Shown: positions 1 through 7,298 of the stretch, in pieces
How the letters are laid out: each line of letters begins with the position of its first letter
How positions within the stretch are numbered: the first letter of the stretch is position 1
Origin: a virus
IMG/VR virus record: IMGVR_UViG_3300044724_004793
Coordinates: 1 to 64,000 of that record
DNA length: 64,000 nt
Reading direction: 5' to 3' (one strand)
Notes under the pieces: model-generated
What the model saw: only the letters and a program-made list of their open reading frames with translations
Database searches by the model: none
What the model was told of the DNA's origin: nothing
Position numbers and translations under genes: made by a program

Positions 1-1
1 A

Positions 2-586
2 TGGAATACAAATTATAATATTATAAAAGGCGAGGATTGGCCTGATCAAGTTGTAGATATTACAAATCCCACTAACCACGAATGGATCTCTGATGAGCTA
101 GATGGTATTGGAATTAATCTAAAAAACTTTTACCAACAAATTTTATATAAAGTTGATGGTGAAATTTGGTACAAACTTGTTAAAAGTTGGTCGTTTAACA
201 ACACTGCGTTGAAAGCGCGAGCAGATGGTTCGTTATACGTAGATTCCACTAGCGATCCGGATCTTGCACATGATGTCTGTTATAGCAAAACTTGCCATCA
301 TTTTATAGCCGGAGAACTATACAAGTGTAATATTCCGTATTCATTGCCTACAGCAATAGACCAATTAAAAAATATCGACATCAGCGCAGAAGATTATATA
401 ATACTTAATAGCTACAAACCTCTTAGCCATGATTGTAATGATACTGAGTTCAACAACTTTATTGACAACATTAACAATCCTATTGAGCAATGCAAATTTT
501 GTCCAACTTCCTTTACAGCGGAACAAATATCCATTGGTGTAAAATCCTCTACAGATAATAGTTTCTCGGAGAACGCAACTAAATGA
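2..586 (+). CDS. 3' part of a probable radical SAM/Fe-S protein, 5'-truncated by the window edge
   Basis: The frame of ORF 209..586 stays open back to position 2 (WNTNYNIIKGEDWPD...). The C-terminal Cys cluster (C..KTCHHF..GELYKC...PIEQCKFCP) resembles SPASM/twitch-type tails. The CxxxCxxC core is not in the window. Confidence 0.5.
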   Translation, partial: WNTNYNIIKGEDWPDQVVDITNPTNHEWISDELDGIGINLKNFYQQILYKVDGEIWYKLVKSWSFNNTALKARADGSLYVDSTSDPDLAHDVCYSKTCHHFIAGELYKCNIPYSLPTAIDQLKNIDISAEDYIILNSYKPLSHDCNDTEFNNFIDNINNPIEQCKFCPTSFTAEQISIGVKSSTDNSFSENATK

Positions 587-1593
587 ACTTATTTAAAAAG
601 GCAATATTCTTTACGGATATTCACTTTGGCCTAAAGTCAAATAGTAAAACACACAATCAAGATTGTTTAGATTTTATTGACTTTGTTATTGAACAAGGAA
701 AACTTAAACAAGCAGAGACATGTGTTTTTCTAGGAGACTGGCATCATAACCGTGCCAGTATCAATATTAGTACGCTTAACTATAGTATACAAGCATTTGA
801 CAAACTTAGTGAAGCGTTTACGCAGGTGGTATTCTTGCCTGGCAATCACGATGAATATTATCGTGACACCAGGGAGATGAATAGTATAGCGTGGCTTAAA
901 AAATATGATAACGTGCGCTTATTTGACGACATTACGCAGGAAGGTGATGTTTGTGTTATGCCCTGGCTGGTTGGCAAAGAGTTTGCTCAGGTATCTAAAA
1001 TTGAATGCAAATACATGTTTGGGCATTTAGAATTGCCTAGCTTTTATATGAACGCAATGGTGCGCATGCCTGATGTTGGTGATTTACGGCGTGAGGATTT
1101 AAAAAGTGAAACGGTGTTTACTGGTCACTTCCATAAACGCCAAACAGCAAAAAATATTACATACATTGGTAATAGTTTCCCACACAACTACGCGGATGCT
1201 GGTGATGACGCTCGCGGCGCGATGGTGCTAGACTGGGGCGGTGAGCCTGAATATATTGAATGGCCCGACGCCCCAAAGTATCGTCGCTTTTTATTAAGTG
1301 ATGTACTTGAAAATACAGACACTGTTTTGAAGCCAAACATGTATTGTCGTGTTGAACTAGACGTTGACATTAGTTATGAAGAAGCAAATTTTATTAAGGA
1401 ACAATTTATTCCAGAATTTGGATTACGAGAACTTAGTATTATCCCCAGGGTAGGCTCAGAAGAGCATGCTCAGAGTTTTCAAGGAGAAGTTAACTTTGAA
1501 AGTGTGGACAGTATTGTTACATCACATCTCACACAACTAGACAGTCCGCAGTATGACAAAAGTCTTATGTTAGACATTTACCGAAACCTATGA
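583..1593 (+). CDS. gp47: Recombination endonuclease subunit, Mre11/SbcD-like (T4 gp47)
   Basis: Metallophosphoesterase motifs FTDIHFG, LGDWHH, PGNHD, GHLE, TGHFH; lies upstream of gp46. Confidence 0.93.
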   Translation: MNLFKKAIFFTDIHFGLKSNSKTHNQDCLDFIDFVIEQGKLKQAETCVFLGDWHHNRASINISTLNYSIQAFDKLSEAFTQVVFLPGNHDEYYRDTREMNSIAWLKKYDNVRLFDDITQEGDVCVMPWLVGKEFAQVSKIECKYMFGHLELPSFYMNAMVRMPDVGDLRREDLKSETVFTGHFHKRQTAKNITYIGNSFPHNYADAGDDARGAMVLDWGGEPEYIEWPDAPKYRRFLLSDVLENTDTVLKPNMYCRVELDVDISYEEANFIKEQFIPEFGLRELSIIPRVGSEEHAQSFQGEVNFESVDSIVTSHLTQLDSPQYDKSLMLDIYRNL

Positions 1594-2393
1594 TAAAGCC
1601 TATTATTATACATTATCCAAGTGGTGGATTTGGAAACTTTATCAACGTACTCCTTAGCATATGTTTTAATGCTATAGATACTCCGGATAAAGATTTTAAA
1701 TTCAGCGCAAATGGTAACAGCCACGACTTTCCAAAATCAACTTGGACTCATTATGAGGATAATATAAAACTTTTTAGAGATGATATATTGCTAGTGGACA
1801 GCGGCATTGATAAAGATTACATAGAACCCATAACTGAAAGATTTCCAAACAGTCCTATAATTAGGATGTGTATTGACGAGCAAAGTAAAAGTATTGTAAC
1901 ACAAACCTGCAAATATAAAGCACAAGGAAAACAATTTATATTTGATGGTGAGTGGTGGGAAAAAAGAGAACAGTACACGCTAATGTATCACTATGGCGAA
2001 GAAAACAACGACTACTATATTAATAACTTTAAACCGTTAGACGAGTGTACTAACATTAACATAAGTGATTTGTTTGTAAACTTTGATAAAGTGTTAGAGC
2101 AGTTGTCAACAGTAGTTGGTTCTTACGATAAAGACAAAGCATACGAGCTTCACAACGGATTCTTAGAATCAAACAACAAATATTATAAAGCCGAGGAACT
2201 AGTTAATATAGTAAAGGACGCATTAGAAACGAAAAATCATGTTGAGTTAGACGATTATAGTTTGCATGATCAAGGATACTTGCTCTTTTGGCTCGAAAGA
2301 AAGTATAATATTAAAGAAATACCTCCGTACGACTATAGAGAATGGTTCAAACACACGAAAGAAATTGAAACTTGTTTAAACTTAATACACTAA
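1590..2393 (+). CDS. Hypothetical protein, possibly sulfotransferase/P-loop-like fold
   Basis: 267-aa ORF overlapping both neighbours. N-terminal beta-strand plus YPSGGFGNF loop; fold assignment is tentative. Confidence 0.45.
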   Translation: MIKPIIIHYPSGGFGNFINVLLSICFNAIDTPDKDFKFSANGNSHDFPKSTWTHYEDNIKLFRDDILLVDSGIDKDYIEPITERFPNSPIIRMCIDEQSKSIVTQTCKYKAQGKQFIFDGEWWEKREQYTLMYHYGEENNDYYINNFKPLDECTNINISDLFVNFDKVLEQLSTVVGSYDKDKAYELHNGFLESNNKYYKAEELVNIVKDALETKNHVELDDYSLHDQGYLLFWLERKYNIKEIPPYDYREWFKHTKEIETCLNLIH

Positions 2394-4129
2394 CCGTAAA
2401 GAATTTTATGAGCGTGGGCAATCAAACTCAGGCTGTAGACTTTGACCGTAGAGACTTAACTCTGGTGCTGGGTGAAAACTTAGATCAAGGAGGTGACGAC
2501 TTAGGCGCCAGAAATGGCACGGGTAAAACCACAATCATCAACGCACTCAGTTATGCTCTCTACGGTCAAGCATTAACTAATATTAAAAAAGATAACCTAG
2601 TTAATAAGACCAACGGCAAGTCTATGATGGTTACTGTTGACTTTGAGTTACACGGCATTACGTATCGTATTGAACGTGGCCGTCGGCCCAACGTACTCAA
2701 GTTTATGGTTGGCGAAGTTGAAACTGAAGAACAACAAGGCGACAGTAGAGAAACGCAACACTATATTGACAAATTGTTGCACATGAGTCATGAGATGTTT
2801 AAGCATCTGGTTGCGCTTAACACTTATACGCAACCATTCCTTAGTTTAAGTGCAAATGATCAGCGTGATATAATTGAACAGATGCTGGGTATCACTATGT
2901 TAAGTGAAAAAGCAGATGCACTTAAAGATCTGAATAAAAAAACAAAGGACATGATTACTGAAGAAGAGTATCGTGTTAAGGCAGTTGAAGACGCAAACAA
3001 GCGAGTTGAAGAGCAGATTGACAGTCTAAAGAAACGTCAGCGTCTCTGGCATGCTAAACGTGACGAGGACGTAAAAAAACTAAAGTCTGGCATTGAGGAT
3101 CTAGCACACATTGATATTGATAGCGAGCTTGCTAATCATAAACTACTAGAAGATTTTTATGCACAAAGGAAACGGCGAGAAGAAGCAGAGCGTTGGATTG
3201 TTGGAATTGACACTGATAATACCAAGCAAGAAAAGTTAATCCTACGTCTAGATAAAGAAATTGCACTACTTGAAGAACATAAATGCAGTACCTGTGGTCA
3301 GGAAATTCACGACGGCAAGCAGGAAGAAATTTTGGCTAGTAAAGCAACTACTAGACAAGAAGCAACTATGTCTATACTTGCTAATGAAACGCAACGTGCG
3401 GATCATTTAGAAATATTAAGTGAAGGTGTGTTGGGAGTTGCTCCAAAAGTATTTTATGATACAATTGATGATGCATATAACCACCGTAGTAGTTTGGATA
3501 GTTTAGCAAAAGAGCTAGAAAATCGCAGTAATGAAGTCGATCCATACGCAGAACAAATCGTGGAGATGACACAAACTGGTGTTGAGCCTGTTGACTGGAA
3601 TACAGTTAACGAACTAGTACGTATACGCGATCACCAGGACTTCTTATTAAAATTATTAACTAATAAAGATAGTTTCATACGCAAACGTATTATTGATCAG
3701 AACTTGCAGTTCTTGAATGCTCGATTAACTCATTATCTTGACAAGATGGGATTGCCTCATTCAGTTCGTTTTATGAACGACCTAGGCGTAGAAATACAGG
3801 AACTGGGGCGGGATCTAGACTTTGACAACCTTAGTAGAGGAGAGCGTAATAGACTTATTTTAAGTTTAAGTTGGGCGTTCCGAGACGTTTGGGAAAGCCT
3901 ATATCATCCTATCAACTTGTTGTTTATTGACGAAGTTGTTGACAGTGGAATGGACGTTAGTGGAGTCGAGAGTGCACTAGCAGTACTTAAACGGATGGCA
4001 AGAGACCGCAACAAGAGTATTTGGCTTGTTAGTCACAAGGATGAGCTTACAGGCAGAGTTAACAACCTGCTTAAAGTTGTAAAAGAGAATGGCTACACCA
4101 GTTATGACACGGACGTAGAAGTTGTATAA
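2372..4129 (+). CDS. gp46: Recombination ATPase subunit, Rad50/SbcC-like (T4 gp46)
   Basis: KNFMSVGN, Walker A GARNGTGKTT, coiled coil with zinc hook CSTCGQ, signature LSRGE, Walker B LLFIDE, H-loop VSHK. Confidence 0.95.
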   Translation: MFKLNTLTVKNFMSVGNQTQAVDFDRRDLTLVLGENLDQGGDDLGARNGTGKTTIINALSYALYGQALTNIKKDNLVNKTNGKSMMVTVDFELHGITYRIERGRRPNVLKFMVGEVETEEQQGDSRETQHYIDKLLHMSHEMFKHLVALNTYTQPFLSLSANDQRDIIEQMLGITMLSEKADALKDLNKKTKDMITEEEYRVKAVEDANKRVEEQIDSLKKRQRLWHAKRDEDVKKLKSGIEDLAHIDIDSELANHKLLEDFYAQRKRREEAERWIVGIDTDNTKQEKLILRLDKEIALLEEHKCSTCGQEIHDGKQEEILASKATTRQEATMSILANETQRADHLEILSEGVLGVAPKVFYDTIDDAYNHRSSLDSLAKELENRSNEVDPYAEQIVEMTQTGVEPVDWNTVNELVRIRDHQDFLLKLLTNKDSFIRKRIIDQNLQFLNARLTHYLDKMGLPHSVRFMNDLGVEIQELGRDLDFDNLSRGERNRLILSLSWAFRDVWESLYHPINLLFIDEVVDSGMDVSGVESALAVLKRMARDRNKSIWLVSHKDELTGRVNNLLKVVKENGYTSYDTDVEVV

Positions 4130-4964
4130 AGTACTTCATTTAGAGCCAACTGACGTATGTCAAGCCAAATGTCCACTGTGTAGTAGATCTACAAATCCAC
4201 TATTTACAGACTTGCACAATCATTTAACTGTAGACCAGATACAAGCAAAGTTAAGTAGCACTGATATCCAGAGTTTGGATAAAATGTTTATGTGCGGCAA
4301 TTATGGGGATCCTGCTGCAGGTGCCAACACACTGGAAATTTATCGTTACTTTAGGAGCGTAAATCCAAACATTACATTAGGAATGAACACCAACGGTGCT
4401 ATACAGTCCACTAATTGGTGGAAAGAGCTTGCTGGTATTTTTACAATGCCTACAGACTATGTGGTTTTTAGTATAGATGGATTAGAAGACACAAATCATA
4501 TCTACAGACGTAATGTTATCTGGAAAAAATTAATTGACAACTGTACAAGTTATATCAACGCTGGGGGGGAAGCTCACTGGGACATGTTAGTTTACAAACA
4601 CAATCAGCATCAGGTTGATGAGTGTATGGAATTGGCAAAAACGCTAGGGTTTGCCTGGTTTAGAGCAAAAGTAAGTAAACGAGCCTTTATAGATGGTTTG
4701 GAATTTCCAGATGGTTATGAAAATCCTAAAATAGAACAGGGCAGTATCAACTGTATGGCTTTACAAGAATCAAGTGTGTATATAAGTGCAACTGGAGATG
4801 CACATCCTTGCTGTTGGTTAGGCAATAATTTAAATAATACATTACAAATGGCAGATGTGCAAGCAACATGGAATACTGATACACCCAATCCAACTTGCAA
4901 AAGAACATGTAGTGCAGTGGAAAATAGTTTTAAAAATCAATGGCAGCGTGAGGTAGAATTGTGA
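4122..4964 (+). CDS. Radical SAM protein with C-terminal SPASM/twitch-like Cys domain
   Basis: CQAKCPLC (CxxxCxxC), GNYGDP, TNG and FSIDG motifs; C-terminal C...G..HPCCW...CKRTC. Confidence 0.88.
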   Translation: MYKVLHLEPTDVCQAKCPLCSRSTNPLFTDLHNHLTVDQIQAKLSSTDIQSLDKMFMCGNYGDPAAGANTLEIYRYFRSVNPNITLGMNTNGAIQSTNWWKELAGIFTMPTDYVVFSIDGLEDTNHIYRRNVIWKKLIDNCTSYINAGGEAHWDMLVYKHNQHQVDECMELAKTLGFAWFRAKVSKRAFIDGLEFPDGYENPKIEQGSINCMALQESSVYISATGDAHPCCWLGNNLNNTLQMADVQATWNTDTPNPTCKRTCSAVENSFKNQWQREVEL

Positions 4965-5010
4965 ATCAGGAATATGCAACCAGTTGGTAGCTCCTGGATA
5001 TATAATAAAC

Positions 5011-5430
5011 ATGAAGTGGTTATACAAGGATCAACCAGTAGACGAATTACCAGAAGACATAGTAGGTTTTGTCTACTTGATTACTAACACTACAAATAAC
5101 AGACGATACATTGGCAAAAAACTGGCACGATTTAGGCGATCTAAACCACCCCTCAAAGGCAGAAAAAACAAACGGCGCACTACTGTGGAATCAGACTGGC
5201 GTGATTATTATGGCTCATCAGACGCACTAACGGCAGACATCGAAGCACTCGGCAAAAGCTGCTTTAAACGTGAGATACTCTACTATTGTTACAGCAAGGG
5301 AGAGTGTAGTTACATTGAAGCAAGAGAACAATTTAGGCACCGTGTTTTAGAATCAGATGAATGGTATAACGGGCATATACGTGTTCGTGTTCATCAGAGT
5401 CAAAAAATACTTACAGAATCTAACAAATAG
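5011..5430 (+). CDS. Small free-standing GIY-YIG endonuclease (Seg/EndoII-like)
   Basis: GFVYLITN...RRYIGKK, YYGSS, FKREIL, conserved Glu in YIEA and YNG. ATG 5011 is preferred over the ORF-track start at 4984. Confidence 0.88.
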   Translation: MKWLYKDQPVDELPEDIVGFVYLITNTTNNRRYIGKKLARFRRSKPPLKGRKNKRRTTVESDWRDYYGSSDALTADIEALGKSCFKREILYYCYSKGECSYIEAREQFRHRVLESDEWYNGHIRVRVHQSQKILTESNK

Positions 5431-5439
5431 GCTTACATA

Positions 5440-5690
5440 GCAACCCTGAATCAACGCCTTGAGACTGCTTCTGCGGTTGGAACTGGCGAGTTGCGGGCAA
5501 AAATTACTCTAGAAAACCCTTTAGCACTAGGAACGAGGCTGGGGATAGCGTAGAAATACGTGATATCGACGTAGGTTGGGAAAGGTCAGAGCCCATAGAG
5601 TAGCCAAAAATACCTACTTCCGGATGCTGGATAAACGACGGTAATGTCACCAGAATCGACGGAACCTTGGATTGGTTCCGTCTGACTGAA
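5440..5690 (+). ncRNA. Candidate structured non-coding RNA, unassigned family
   Basis: GC-richer non-coding stretch with many stems, two GNRA tetraloops (GAAA 5553-5556, GUAA 5641-5644) and crossing pairings. See findings. Confidence 0.6.
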
Positions 5691-5703
5691 ACACTTTGGT
5701 AAT

Positions 5704-5782
5704 ATCAAATTATAAGAGATCAAGTTATTAAGAGATCAAACACGGAACGTTAGTGAAGTGTTTGGATGAACGTAGTTCATCC
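5704..5782. repeat. Direct repeats plus two inverted repeats (origin-like)
   Basis: TAAGAGATCAA at 5713-5723 and 5729-5739; CAAACAC/GTGTTTG at 5737-5743/5758-5764; GGATGAAC-GTA-GTTCATCC at 5764-5782. Confidence 0.7.
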
Positions 5783-5789
5783 GTTTAGG

Positions 5790-5817
5790 TTGACAGAATT
5801 ATATAGTAAGTTATAAT
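5790..5817 (+). promoter_or_regulatory. Sigma70-type (early) promoter
   Basis: TTGACA-N16-TATAAT; shares GGTTGACAGAA with the promoter at 35689. Confidence 0.75.
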
Positions 5818-5865
5818 AAGTGTATTATCCAGGTGTAAATACTAAACCTAAAAAGGAATATATAT

Positions 5866-6090
5866 ATGGATGCTATAGATAAAAGGACAAAAAGCGAAGC
5901 TGAAAGTGCTTTTATTGAATTTGTTGACAAAATCCAGGACTTGGGATTCAAATTTGATTTATTTGATAAGGTGGAACTCACGTATATCAAAGGTGATGCT
6001 GCCTTAAAACCACATAGCATAGGTAATAAACTTACTTTACGTGCTGAAGAGTACGTGACAAGTGATGATAAAAACACCCAGATCACTTAG
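5866..6090 (+). CDS. Hypothetical protein (74 aa)
   Basis: AAGGA Shine-Dalgarno, lies downstream of a promoter, converges on the gp51-like ORF. Confidence 0.65.
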   Translation: MDAIDKRTKSEAESAFIEFVDKIQDLGFKFDLFDKVELTYIKGDAALKPHSIGNKLTLRAEEYVTSDDKNTQIT

Positions 6091-6299
6091 AAGAACGGCA
6101 ATCCGCTCTTTTTAGTAACTTCTAGATTATCTTTAATAATTTCTTCTATAATTGGAATATCGTTTACACCTAGATTCAGTAGCTCGCTGTAACTGAGACC
6201 GCCCCGCATGTACCAGCATGCCTCCAAGAGCCTCTTCTTAAATTTCTTCGTATCCTGATCATAACCATCCAGTAATTTCTGGATTTCGTCAGAGCTCAA
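6087..6299 (-). CDS. Small baseplate-hub assembly protein (gp51-like); probably expressed as a -1 frameshift extension of the upstream gene
   Basis: TTG start with no SD; WYMRGGLSYSELLNL motif; directly follows the gp26-like gene and lies in its -1 frame. Confidence 0.6.
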   Translation of the reverse strand: MSSDEIQKLLDGYDQDTKKFKKRLLEACWYMRGGLSYSELLNLGVNDIPIIEEIIKDNLEVTKKSGLPFF

Positions 6300-6326
6300 G
6301 GTCAGGATACGGATTCGAAAAAATTT
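6249..6326 (-). other. Putative -1 programmed ribosomal frameshift signal
   Basis: mRNA A_AAU_UUU_UUC (6326-6317), 5-nt spacer, then stem CGUAUCCUGA (6311-6302) / UCAGGAUACG (6258-6249). Confidence 0.72.
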
Positions 6327-7222
6327 GATTGGTCAAACGTAAATGGTGTTGTATAACTGTGCTGACAGTCAGGACACTGTGTGGGGATGTTTTTTTCAGG
6401 CACGCCGTCGTTGATTACTTTCTGATGCTTTTGCACAACATCGATAATTTTCCTGTCAGCACCCTCTATAAACTCATTAAGGAAAAATCTGTCAGATACC
6501 AGGGTTCCATCTGGCATTTCAATATACTCTACAGTTTCTGCCATCTGTCGGACGTTTAGATCAGTAAGTTTGGAAAAAACTTCGTTAAACTGTTTGAGTT
6601 TTTCTTCTTCAGTTAAATCAGTAGCATTTACAACTGTAAGCATGCGTTGTTGTTCAAACTGTTCCATGTTACTGCTATTAATTGCACGATATGTTGTAGG
6701 TTTAAGTTTTACTCTTAGATCTCGATATTCAGTCATATGGTCATAACCAGATATGTCTACTGTCATGTCAATAAATCTGCGTAGATCTATTTCATACTCG
6801 TTAGTTTCCTTGCATTCTGGGCACGTACTCATGTATTCCATTTGCTCGCCATAACTGGCAATACGGATACCTATGAGAATAACATCAAAGTCGCACACTG
6901 GTATTTCCCAGGCATCTTTAATATTTGGTATACAATGCTCAATAACGTCTACTACTGCCTGGCCATTTATCAGTGCATCAGGACTTTTAAGTATAAGTTC
7001 GTCTTTGGTACTCATTGCCAGTACTGGTAGTTCGCCATTAGCTGGCATATCAATGCTACCAGGTTTCCAAAATTTACCCTTGCTGGGTAAACTAAGGTAA
7101 ATCTGTGGTGTTCTCATATATCCACTTAGTGGATTACCAGATTGCTGTGGTTGCATTTGTGCTCGTTGCAGAGTCTCCTGCATAACTTTTAGTTCTTCTG
7201 GTGTGGGGGATTCTATGCTCAC
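6302..7222 (-). CDS. gp26: Baseplate hub assembly protein/chaperone (T4 gp26-like)
   Basis: LSLPSKG, MSTKDELIL and ILIGIRIASYGE motifs; two CxxC pairs (CPEC, CPDC); C-terminal NFF; GGAG SD before GTG. Confidence 0.78.
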   Translation of the reverse strand: MSIESPTPEELKVMQETLQRAQMQPQQSGNPLSGYMRTPQIYLSLPSKGKFWKPGSIDMPANGELPVLAMSTKDELILKSPDALINGQAVVDVIEHCIPNIKDAWEIPVCDFDVILIGIRIASYGEQMEYMSTCPECKETNEYEIDLRRFIDMTVDISGYDHMTEYRDLRVKLKPTTYRAINSSNMEQFEQQRMLTVVNATDLTEEEKLKQFNEVFSKLTDLNVRQMAETVEYIEMPDGTLVSDRFFLNEFIEGADRKIIDVVQKHQKVINDGVPEKNIPTQCPDCQHSYTTPFTFDQSNFFESVS

Positions 7223-7298
7223 TGTGTCATTCTCCGTGGTAAATACATTATATATACCGTAGTTGTATTTATATGCGTATATAACTAGGATTTAAAAA

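Noticed and set aside
5011-5690. Group I intron with a GIY-YIG homing endonuclease
   Set aside because: Flanking genes are intact rather than split exons, and I could not find a P7-forming R/S pair. UCAGAG alone is insufficient. A covariance search should still be run.
5704-5740. Mini CRISPR array
   Set aside because: Repeats are only 11 nt with 5-nt gaps; no spacers or cas genes.
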